Assembly (NCBI GenBank): GCA_018436095.1
Contig: JAHDMJ010000018.1
Location: forward strand, 258,434-322,433
Origin: Clostridia bacterium
GTDB taxonomy: Bacteria > Bacillota > Peptococcia > DRI-13 > UBA5745
Length of the DNA: 64,000 nucleotides
Direction of reading: 5' to 3'
The position numbers and the translations under genes are program-made. Of this stretch, positions 10,132 through 18,146 are shown one piece after another (position 1 is the first letter of the stretch; each line of letters begins with the position of its first letter). The notes beneath the pieces are model-generated. The model was given only the letters and a program-made list of their open reading frames with translations. It searched no databases and had not been told where the DNA came from.

Positions 10132-11515
10132 GAAAGGGGCTGTTTTGCGTCCGCCCCTTTATCTTTTGCTTGCAATGGTCTATCTGTGCTGGACTGTCTT
10201 TAGCGGAATCTTTTTTCAGATTACCTTCGGCCTATTGCTCCTGCTGGCGGTTTTACTGGCTTTTCCCTTGGCCAGCCGCAGCAATATCCTGGTCAGCGGC
10301 AGTCTCTATGTGCTGGGTATGATCCTGCTTTTCTTCTCCGGCGGCGGCCCTGCCGGATGGCTGGTGGCTTTCACGTCCAATGGCGGACTGGTGGCCCTTT
10401 TCATTGCCTTGCCTCTATATAATATTTTATTGGATTACAACGATTATGTGGGGGCCATGGAAAAGCTTTTTCGTTTATATGTCCGCCAAAGCTGGTGGTT
10501 CTTTGCGCTGGCCTCGGTTTTTGCCGGCCTTTTGGGCGCGGTGATGAACCTGGGCGGCATGACCCTGATGCATCAATTGCTGCGGCCTTATCAAGATCAT
10601 TATGGCGATGACATTCAGATGGCGCAGGCCCTGAGCCGGGGTAACCTGTCCATGAGCTATTGGGCCCCCTGCCATATGTCCGTAGCCACGGTGGTTACCT
10701 ATACGGGCATATCCTGGCTGGCTCTGGCCCCCAAAGGCGTGCTGCTTTCTCTATTTCAACTGCTTTTTATCGCTGCTTTTTTCTATATAGCCGGCGGCAA
10801 GAAAGGCCGGCAAAGTATCCCTTTTTCCTTCTCTGATTCCGGTATAGGGGCTGCTTCTGTCAAAGCCAAGCTGCCCCGGCAGGATAAGCAAACATTAATC
10901 GAGCTGCTGGCCGTCTATAGCGGATTAGTGGTTTTAGTGGCTTTGCTGAACCGCTTTACCAGCTTGCCGGTGCTGGCCATCATTTCTTTATCGGCTTTCG
11001 TCTATCCGCCTTTTATCGGCCTGATCAAGGGCGCAGGACAGACCTACCGGATAAAATGGCGCAAGTATAAAGAAAAGACTTTAGGAGGAATCGTCAATCA
11101 GGTAGTGATGTTTTCCTCCGTAGGTTTTTTTGGCAAGGCTATCGAATATTCCGGCATCGGCGAATACCTGATTAATAAGCTGCTGCCCCAAAACCCGGCC
11201 CATCCTTCGCTGGCTATTATGATGATCGCTTTTTTGTTTCTGATTCTGGCTTTGCTGGGGATTCATCCCGTCATCACCATCATTGCTTTGGCGGCAGCCT
11301 TGCGGCCGGAAGTATTGGCTTTGACTCCCCTTAATCTTGCCTATACCTACCTGCTGGGATATAGTGTGGCCGTTACCGTATCGCCTTTTTTTGCCGTAGG
11401 ACTTACCATATCGGCGCTCAACGGTCTTAACCCCTGGGAGGGCATGGCAAAGCATAATCTTGTTTACAGCATCTTTTTGATTATTGTGTTTGCCCAGATT
11501 ATTCCCAGGATATAA
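10118..11515 (+). CDS. Polytopic membrane protein (putative permease), family not recognised
   Basis: Hydrophobic throughout, at least 10 helices. ATG at 10118 follows a GAGGAG RBS. Overlaps the UPF0182 stop by 14 nt. Confidence 0.5.
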   Translation: MGLIEKGAVLRPPLYLLLAMVYLCWTVFSGIFFQITFGLLLLLAVLLAFPLASRSNILVSGSLYVLGMILLFFSGGGPAGWLVAFTSNGGLVALFIALPLYNILLDYNDYVGAMEKLFRLYVRQSWWFFALASVFAGLLGAVMNLGGMTLMHQLLRPYQDHYGDDIQMAQALSRGNLSMSYWAPCHMSVATVVTYTGISWLALAPKGVLLSLFQLLFIAAFFYIAGGKKGRQSIPFSFSDSGIGAASVKAKLPRQDKQTLIELLAVYSGLVVLVALLNRFTSLPVLAIISLSAFVYPPFIGLIKGAGQTYRIKWRKYKEKTLGGIVNQVVMFSSVGFFGKAIEYSGIGEYLINKLLPQNPAHPSLAIMMIAFLFLILALLGIHPVITIIALAAALRPEVLALTPLNLAYTYLLGYSVAVTVSPFFAVGLTISALNGLNPWEGMAKHNLVYSIFLIIVFAQIIPRI

Positions 11516-11535
11516 ACGAGAAAGGTCTGATCACC

Positions 11536-12756
11536 TTGAACTGGCGGAAGAATTTATATGTGCTGTGCTTCTGCAACTTTTTTGCTAATATAGGTTTCAA
11601 TATGGTTACCCCTTTTATGCCGGTAATTCTCCGGCAAAATGCCGGGCTCACGGATAACTTGTCTTTTTGGTCCGGCATGCTGACCACAATGGTCTATTTT
11701 ACCTATGTTATCGCCCAGCCCCTTTGGGGCAGAATGGCAGACCAATCCGGCAAACGCATGCTTCTGCTCCGTTCCGGTATCGGTATCGGCTTATCTTACT
11801 TTATGATGTCAAGATGTCACAGTATTTGGGGACTGATGGCAGTGCGGGCCCTTAACGGCGCTTTAATGGGCTTTATCCCGTCATCGAACATACTGCTTTC
11901 CTCCACTACCCCCAGTCATTCCGTAGGCTATGCTCTGGGCACCCTAAACATGGCGGTGGCGGTAGGCATAATTCTGGGCCCCCTTGCAGGCGGAGTTATG
12001 GTGGAAAGCTTCGGTATCACCTATTCGTTATACATAGGCGGCTTCATTATGATCATCGTAGGCCTGGCGGCTTATTTCGGTACGGAAGAAAAGCCTATTC
12101 CCGCCAATGTAGTGTTGACTCCTTTTTGGCAGGACGTCAAAGAAGTGCTGGCTGACCCCGGCATCCGTATGCCCATCATTTGTTTATTTACTTTAAATAT
12201 GTGCAACCAAATGCTGTTGACTATCCTGCCCCTTTTTGTGGCAGGCTTGCAGGCGGCCCGGGCCCAGCTCATGGTAGGTATGGTGTTTTCCATCAGCGCT
12301 GTTTCTCTGGCTTTAGGTTCCCCCCTAATCAATGAGCTTCATGGCCGCAAATATCATGTGGGCTACGTGGCAATCCTGATTTGCTGTATGCTCCTTGCCG
12401 GCGGCACCACTTTGCTGCAAGGTCTGGCTCCCGGCCTGTTGTTTTTGGTGATCCAGCGTTTTATCTATGGTTTCTTTCAATCGGGCATCACCGTTTCCTC
12501 CAATGTGCTGGTAGCTATCAATGCTCCCGATGAGAAACGGGGGCGGGTATTCAGCCTGGTTAACTCCCTGGCCTCCACCGGTTTCATTATCGGCCCCTTT
12601 ATTGGCGGCAATTTAGGCGAAATCAATTACCGGGTACCCTTTGTCACCGCCGCTTTTTTCTTCTGTCTTACCGGCTTTTATCTGTGGCGGTGGCAGAAGA
12701 AGAACCCCGGCAGCATAGAAAAGAATTTTTCCGAGGATGAGGAAGAAACGGCTTGA
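11536..12756 (+). CDS. MFS transporter (drug-efflux-like)
   Basis: 12-TM pattern. MFS loop motif GRMADQSGKRMLLL between TM2 and TM3. Confidence 0.8.
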   Translation: MNWRKNLYVLCFCNFFANIGFNMVTPFMPVILRQNAGLTDNLSFWSGMLTTMVYFTYVIAQPLWGRMADQSGKRMLLLRSGIGIGLSYFMMSRCHSIWGLMAVRALNGALMGFIPSSNILLSSTTPSHSVGYALGTLNMAVAVGIILGPLAGGVMVESFGITYSLYIGGFIMIIVGLAAYFGTEEKPIPANVVLTPFWQDVKEVLADPGIRMPIICLFTLNMCNQMLLTILPLFVAGLQAARAQLMVGMVFSISAVSLALGSPLINELHGRKYHVGYVAILICCMLLAGGTTLLQGLAPGLLFLVIQRFIYGFFQSGITVSSNVLVAINAPDEKRGRVFSLVNSLASTGFIIGPFIGGNLGEINYRVPFVTAAFFFCLTGFYLWRWQKKNPGSIEKNFSEDEEETA

Positions 12757-12818
12757 AGCTAATACTGTTGCCGGATTTTAATCCGGAAGCGCTATAAAGC
12801 AAAAAGGGCGCAAAAAAA

Positions 12819-12842
12819 AGCCCTTTCCGTGGAAAGGGCTTT
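12819..12842. terminator. Bidirectional terminator between convergent MFS and zinc-ribbon genes
   Basis: AAGCCCTTTCC-GT-GGAAAGGGCTT, flanked by an A-run and a T-rich tract. Confidence 0.75.
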
Positions 12843-12874
12843 GCTGCTATCTGATCAAAGGTTGGCAGATTGAT

Positions 12875-13150
12875 CTATTGATTCTTTTGATAGCAGTCCC
12901 GGCAGTAAACAGGGCGAACACCCGTAGGCTTGAAGGGAACTTGAGTTTCCACACCGCAAGCGGAGCAGTTTACAGTATAATACTGACGCTCGCCCCGACT
13001 TTCGTTGGCAGCCTGCTTACGGGCCCGGCGACAAACAGGGCAGCGGGCAGGTTCGTTCTGAAAACCTTTTTCCGCATAAAATTCCTGTTCAGCCGTACTG
13101 AATACAAATTCCTCGCCGCAGTCTTTACATACCAGAGTTTTGTCTTCCAT
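12875..13150 (-). CDS. Zinc-ribbon protein with repeated CxxC pairs
   Basis: MEDKTLVCKDCGEEF...CPVCRR...CSACGVE...CRDCY. ATG at 13150 follows an AGGAGG RBS. The upstream 48 codons of the tracked ORF are probably not translated. Confidence 0.7.
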   Translation of the reverse strand: MEDKTLVCKDCGEEFVFSTAEQEFYAEKGFQNEPARCPVCRRARKQAANESRGERQYYTVNCSACGVETQVPFKPTGVRPVYCRDCYQKNQ

Positions 13151-13393
13151 TGCAATTCCTCCTGAAAGATAGATAGTCGCGCCGTTTTCCGTGGGAGCCA
13201 ACCAAAATCTAACCCCAGGAGAGAATAGATCTTTTGCCAACCGCAAGAAAACGATGTACGCTACCAGTATATAACATTTGAATGATAATTGCAAATAAAT
13301 TTTTTAGGGGTTTTTATTTCTTTCTGATTGTTTTTTGTTTTTCAAGGAAATACCCGTTTTTTTGATATAATTCCAATTGTTGAGGAGGATTTT

Positions 13394-14038
13394 ATGAGGC
13401 TGAGGAGAAACTGGCAAGGGGAAGCGGCCTTGCCCAGCATGCCGGGGGTGCTTGAGGCTAGTCCAGAACTTTACCGCCACCGTTGGCAGGAGATTTTTGA
13501 AGAGGAAAGGCCCCTGCATCTGGAGATTGGCATGGGCAAAGGTGATTTTCTCATGGGCATGGCTGCCCGCCATCCCGGAGTTAATTTTGTGGGCATAGAG
13601 AGAATACCTACCGTCTTATATATAGCCGTCAGAAAAAATCAGCAGAGGCCCTTAGCTAACCTGCGGTTTTTGCCGGTGGACGCCAAGGAGCTGGAGCAGT
13701 ATTTCGGCGAAAGTCAAGTGGAGCGGATATATCTGAATTTCAGTGATCCCTGGCCGAAGCAGCGGCACAGCTCCCGCCGTCTTACTCATAAGAGCAAGCT
13801 GGATATTTACAGCCGGATATTGAAGCCTCAAGGCCAAGTCCATTTAAAAACCGATCAGGAAAAGCTCTTTGATTTTTCTGTAGAAGAGTTTGCAAGGGCC
13901 GGCTGGTCCCTTGGCAAAATTACCAGGGACCTGCATAATTCGGGTTTTGAGGGCAATGTGACCACCGAATACGAAAAGCGCTTTCTGCAGCAGGGTCAGC
14001 CAATTTACCGATTAGAGGCATGGAATGGGAAAAAATAA
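13394..14038 (+). CDS. trmB: tRNA (guanine46-N7)-methyltransferase
   Basis: LEIGMGKGDFLMGMAARHPGVNFVGIE and IYLNFSDPWPKQRHSSRRL. ATG at 13394 follows GAGGAGG. Confidence 0.85.
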   Translation: MRLRRNWQGEAALPSMPGVLEASPELYRHRWQEIFEEERPLHLEIGMGKGDFLMGMAARHPGVNFVGIERIPTVLYIAVRKNQQRPLANLRFLPVDAKELEQYFGESQVERIYLNFSDPWPKQRHSSRRLTHKSKLDIYSRILKPQGQVHLKTDQEKLFDFSVEEFARAGWSLGKITRDLHNSGFEGNVTTEYEKRFLQQGQPIYRLEAWNGKK

Positions 14039-15455
14039 AGGAAAAGGCAGAGATAAGAATTTTAATAAAACGGCGGTGCTGCCTCAGCCTCTGGCGGAGC
14101 GTTTGGCAGTCCAGCTAGGAGCTGATGGGTTAAGGGATTTTCTGGCTTGTTTGCAGGAGGAACCCCGGGGCGGACTACGCTTTAATACGGGGAAAGCTAC
14201 AGCGGAGGCTTTATTGGATTTGCTGCCTTTTTCTCTGGAGCCCATTCCCTGGGCGGCGGCAGGCTATGTCTATCCCCGGGAAGGGCGGCCCGGCAAGCTG
14301 CCCTATTATCAGGCTGGGCTCTATTATTTGCAGGAGCCCAGCGCCATGGCTCCGGCGGCGGCCTTAGGCGTCAAGCCCGGGGAAAGGGTGCTGGATCTTT
14401 GCGCCGCTCCCGGGGGCAAGACCACCCAGCTGGCGGCAGCCTTGGCCGGAGAGGGGCTGCTGGTGGCCAATGACAATAGCCCCAAGCGGATTAAGCCCCT
14501 GATTTGGAATCTGGAGCATTGGGGAGCCACCAATTATATTGTCACCAATGAGGAGCCGGCCCGGCTGGCTAAGGCTTTCCCCGCTTTTTTTGACAAAATA
14601 CTGGTAGATGCCCCTTGCTCCGGCGAAGGTATGCTGCGCAAGGATGCCAAAGCCTTAAAAAGCTGGCAGTCTTTCAATGGCCAGGTTTGCCGGCAGATGC
14701 AGGATCAGATTCTGGATCAGGCGGCAATAATGCTGGCGGCGGGAGGGCGGCTGCTCTACTCCACCTGTACCTTTAATCCTCTGGAAAATGATGAAGCTGT
14801 GGCGGCGTTCCTGGACAGGCATCCCGATTTCGGCCTGGTGCCCTTGCCTTTTTATGAAGGCTGGCGAAGGGGCGGACAGCTGGAAGAATGCCGCCAGCTC
14901 TGGCCTCACCTAGTAGAGGGAGAGGGTCAATTCCTGGCTTTGCTGGAGAAAAAGGGTGCTGAAAACTGCCGGGCTTCGGCCACGGGGACAACGGGGACGG
15001 AAACTGCCGTAAAGGCAACGGCTTTGCCGCCGAAGGCTTTAGCGGAGGGGGCTTTAGCTCCTTTTCTGGAATTCATGGCGGAAAACTTCACTTACCCCTT
15101 GCCGGGACCTTTTGCCTTGTATGATGGCCATGTCTATCAGACCCCTGCCGGTCTGCCGGATCTGGCAGGCCTTAAGCTGGGCCGGCCCGGCTGGTATTTG
15201 GGCATGATCAAGCATGGCCGTTTTTCCCCCAGCCAGCCTCTGGCCATGGGCATTCCCGCCTCCCAAATGAAACGAAGGCTGGATCTGCTGCCTCAGGATG
15301 ATTTGGTTGAGCGTTACTTACGGGGGGAAACCCTGATGACAGAAGGAGAGCCGGGCTGGACTCTTGTGACCTTAGCCGGTTATCCTCTCGGTTTCGGTAA
15401 GCAAACAGGAGATTATCTGAAAAACGAATATCCTGCCGGCTGGCGCTTATATTAG
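14025..15455 (+). CDS. RsmB/RsmF-family (NOL1/NOP2/Sun) RNA m5C methyltransferase
   Basis: SAM motif LDLCAAPGGKTTQLA and catalytic DAPCSGEGMLRKD plus TCT. C-terminal PUA-like extension. Confidence 0.8.
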   Translation: MGKNKGKGRDKNFNKTAVLPQPLAERLAVQLGADGLRDFLACLQEEPRGGLRFNTGKATAEALLDLLPFSLEPIPWAAAGYVYPREGRPGKLPYYQAGLYYLQEPSAMAPAAALGVKPGERVLDLCAAPGGKTTQLAAALAGEGLLVANDNSPKRIKPLIWNLEHWGATNYIVTNEEPARLAKAFPAFFDKILVDAPCSGEGMLRKDAKALKSWQSFNGQVCRQMQDQILDQAAIMLAAGGRLLYSTCTFNPLENDEAVAAFLDRHPDFGLVPLPFYEGWRRGGQLEECRQLWPHLVEGEGQFLALLEKKGAENCRASATGTTGTETAVKATALPPKALAEGALAPFLEFMAENFTYPLPGPFALYDGHVYQTPAGLPDLAGLKLGRPGWYLGMIKHGRFSPSQPLAMGIPASQMKRRLDLLPQDDLVERYLRGETLMTEGEPGWTLVTLAGYPLGFGKQTGDYLKNEYPAGWRLY

Positions 15456-15541
15456 CCTGCCGGAAGGGAAGCTTTAATAAGAAGCCCTTAATAGTAATCA
15501 AATCTTAATAGAAGCAAATCTTAAATAGAGAGAAGGATAAG

Positions 15542-16471
15542 ATGACAGAATCAACGGACCGCCTTTGGGCGGAAATTGACACCGGCCGGCGGGAGCCCTT
15601 GCTGTATAGCTGGCCGGCGCCGGATATGGAGGGTTTCCGGGAGCCGGAAATTCCTCAGGTGATTATTAAGGGCATGCGCAAGGCCATTGTGGAATTCGAT
15701 TTGCTGGAGCCGGGGGACCGGGTATTAGTGGGCCTATCCGGCGGCAAGGACAGCACGCTGCTGATGTATGCCTTAGCCCATTTGGTAAGGCATCTGCCCT
15801 GGCCTGTGGAGCTGGCGGCAATGCATATTGATTTGGGCTTTAAATCCCCCGAGGAGTCGGATTACAGCCTTCTGGCTGCCAAAGCGGCTTCGGCAGGACT
15901 GGCTTTTCAAGTGGAACGGCTGGATATGTCTCAGGATATTTTGCATAATGAAGAGCAGAATTCCTGCTCCCGCTGTGCTTACTGGCGGCGGGCCCTGATC
16001 CATAATTACGCCAAAACAAGAGGGTTCAACAAGGTAGCCTTTGCCCATCATCTCGATGATGCGGTGGAGACCTATTTGATGGGACTGCTTTATTCCGGCC
16101 AGTTGGGCACTTTTATGCCCAAAACCTTTCTGGACAGGACGGAAGTAACGGTAATCCGGCCCTTTGCCTACATTCGGGAGCGGGATATTATCGGCGCCGT
16201 CAATAAGCTGGACATTCAGATCCCTCCCAGCCCTTGCCCCCTGGACGGTTATACCCAGCGTACCAGGGTAAAGGAATTAATTCGTATGCTGTGCAAAGAA
16301 AATCCTCTGGTTTTTGATCATCTGGTATCCGGTATGCGGGAAGGCAAACGCCAGCATCTCTGGCCTGCCGTCGTGGACCGCAAGGAGTTGCGCCAAAAGA
16401 ACCTGGCTTTTTGGCGGCCCCGGCAAAGTGCTGAGGGGGAAGGGAAGGAGCAAGAGAATGACGGTAATTAA
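15542..16471 (+). CDS. PP-loop ATPase, TtcA-like tRNA thiolation family
   Basis: PP-loop LSGGKDS, a CSRCAYWRR cysteine pair, and PCPL. Confidence 0.75.
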   Translation: MTESTDRLWAEIDTGRREPLLYSWPAPDMEGFREPEIPQVIIKGMRKAIVEFDLLEPGDRVLVGLSGGKDSTLLMYALAHLVRHLPWPVELAAMHIDLGFKSPEESDYSLLAAKAASAGLAFQVERLDMSQDILHNEEQNSCSRCAYWRRALIHNYAKTRGFNKVAFAHHLDDAVETYLMGLLYSGQLGTFMPKTFLDRTEVTVIRPFAYIRERDIIGAVNKLDIQIPPSPCPLDGYTQRTRVKELIRMLCKENPLVFDHLVSGMREGKRQHLWPAVVDRKELRQKNLAFWRPRQSAEGEGKEQENDGN

Positions 16472-17573
16472 AACAGAGAATGAGAAAGAACAATGGCAGG
16501 AGCTCTTTCATTTAACAAGGGAGTTTCAGGCTTTAAAGCCTTGGCAGCACCTGGCGGAGATGGAGATGATCACCATTGATTTGCCGGAGGCCAGCGAACC
16601 GGTTTTCTGCTGCGTTTTTGGCAAAAATACGGAAGTGCAAGCTTTGCGGGTTTTGCCCGGTGCCCAGGCCTTAATTAATTTTTATCGTCTGGCCCACAGC
16701 CTGGGAGAGGATACCCGGCGCCTTCTTTATGAACAAAAGGATTTGCGCCTGACCTTTGTGGAAAGAGCCCCGGCGCCTGCAGAACAAAGTGCTTTGGCGG
16801 CGGAGCCGGCCCAAGAGGACCGGGGAGAGCAAACGGAGACGGCACAAGGGAATCAGACAGGAATAGATTTTGTCTGGGAGGCCCGGTGGCCCGGCTATTT
16901 GCCCCGGATGCTGCGGGCGGAGGAAGCCGGGTTCTTAGGCCGGGTGGTGAAGCATGTCAACAGGGCTATCCGCAATTATATTGACGGGAAGGTAAATGTT
17001 GATTTTGCCGCCGGTAAAACCCTGCTGCGCTATTATGATGGGGAAGCCAATATGTGGCTGACCAAGGAAGAAGAGGCATATTTTCCGCCTCTGGACTATC
17101 CCTCTTTATCCATAAGCGAGGTGGAACTGGTCAAAGAGCTGCAGCAAAAGCCAAAGAATAAGGCTGTGCTGGAGCTGGACATGTTTTACCTGCCCCGGCC
17201 GGCAACCTTGTCGGACTCCGAGGAAGAGGGAGGGGAAAGCGGCAGCCCTGCCGGCACTGCTGCGGCTGGCGAAGCCGGCGACGATGAGCTTTTGTTTTAT
17301 CCCCGGATGCTGCTTTTGGGGGATAAGGAGCGGGGAGCCCTGGTCAACAATACCATGTTGTCCCCCAGAGATAACGGCCCCTCTGCCATATTTCAAGCTT
17401 TAGCCGATTATATTCTCAGCTTCGGCCGGCCCGGGACTTTAATTGTCTGCCAGGAAATGTACTTCCAGATGCTTCAGGATTTCTGTAAGGACAACGCGAT
17501 CAAGCTGGAATTGGCGGAGTCCGGCCAGCAGCTGACCAGCCTGCTGCCTTTACGGGCGAAGCTGCTGGGCTAG
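16458..17573 (+). CDS. Hypothetical protein (acidic middle region)
   Basis: ATG at 16458 follows GGAAGGAG and overlaps the previous stop by 14 nt. No family recognised. Confidence 0.5.
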   Translation: MTVIKTENEKEQWQELFHLTREFQALKPWQHLAEMEMITIDLPEASEPVFCCVFGKNTEVQALRVLPGAQALINFYRLAHSLGEDTRRLLYEQKDLRLTFVERAPAPAEQSALAAEPAQEDRGEQTETAQGNQTGIDFVWEARWPGYLPRMLRAEEAGFLGRVVKHVNRAIRNYIDGKVNVDFAAGKTLLRYYDGEANMWLTKEEEAYFPPLDYPSLSISEVELVKELQQKPKNKAVLELDMFYLPRPATLSDSEEEGGESGSPAGTAAAGEAGDDELLFYPRMLLLGDKERGALVNNTMLSPRDNGPSAIFQALADYILSFGRPGTLIVCQEMYFQMLQDFCKDNAIKLELAESGQQLTSLLPLRAKLLG

Positions 17574-17621
17574 AAACACTGAATTTGAAATGGGGGAAGG
17601 GCAACCTGTTCTACTCCCTTT

Positions 17622-17900
17622 TGAGCAAAATTTCAAGTTTGTTGCTGCGGGTTACCCGAAATGTGCAAAATTTCAAGTTTGTCATAGGTTCGCTGGGGGT
17701 TAATTGCTTAAAATAGCAAGCTTAGCGGTGTGAAATACCTTTCTTTTCCTATATGCAGCGTTTGCGCTTGATTGAAAACACTATTTCGGGGAATCCCTCG
17801 GCTAACAAACCTGCATTTTTGCTCATTTTTTGAACGATGACCTAACAAACCTGCATTTTTGCTCAAAGCAGCCGGAGCTGTCGCCAAACCTGCAAATCTG
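17622..17900. repeat. Dispersed repeat family, locus 1: two forward and three reverse ~24-nt cores at 40-41-bp spacing
   Basis: Forward cores TGAGCAAAATTTCAAGTTTGTT (17622-17643) and TGTGCAAAATTTCAAGTTTGTC (17662-17683). Reverse cores sCTAACAAACCTGCATTTTTGCTCA (17801-17825, 17841-17865) and a degenerate copy at 17883-17900. Confidence 0.8.
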
Positions 17901-17945
17901 TTTTTCTTTTCCTTGCCGATATTAACAGGTAAAACAATAATAGGT

Positions 17946-18010
17946 ATAGAAATCCCCCGTCAGGCTAGCTGAAGCATATTTTCAGCGGCAGCCCGGCGGG
18001 GGATTTCTAT
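17946..18010 (-). terminator. Long compound hairpin downstream of clpB
   Basis: 14-bp outer stem ATAGAAATCCCCCG / CGGGGGATTTCTAT, with an inner GCTGAA/TTCAGC stem. A T-rich tract follows on the minus strand. Confidence 0.6.
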
Positions 18011-18025
18011 TGTCCTAACTTACAT

Positions 18026-18146
18026 CGGCTTTACGTTGCAGTTGCACCGACTTTACGTTACGCTAGATTTACGTTGCACCGGTCTCGCGTTGCACCGGTT
18101 TCACGTTACACCTGTTTCACGTTACAACGGCTTCACGGCCAGCCGG
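18026..18146 (-). repeat. Degenerate ~16-bp tandem array (7-8 units) running from the last clpB codons through its 3' UTR
   Basis: Minus-strand units: GTGAAGCCGTTGTAAC (codes VKPL*), GTGAAACAGGTGTAAC, GTGAAACCGGTGCAAC, GCGAGACCGGTGCAAC, GTAAATCTAGCGTAAC, GTAAAGTCGGTGCAAC ... Confidence 0.75.

Noticed and set aside
16314-16457. N-terminal 48 codons of the tracked 419-aa ORF
   Set aside because: This part overlaps the ttcA-like gene in another frame. A good RBS (GGAAGGAG) precedes the internal ATG at 16458, which I use as the start.
18097-18128. parS (Spo0J/ParB) sites: TGTTTCACGT matches the left 10 nt of TGTTTCACGTGAAACA
   Set aside because: Only a half-site matches. The right half reads TACA(A/C)C rather than GAAACA, so no 16-bp palindrome exists. 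The match is a by-product of the tandem unit.
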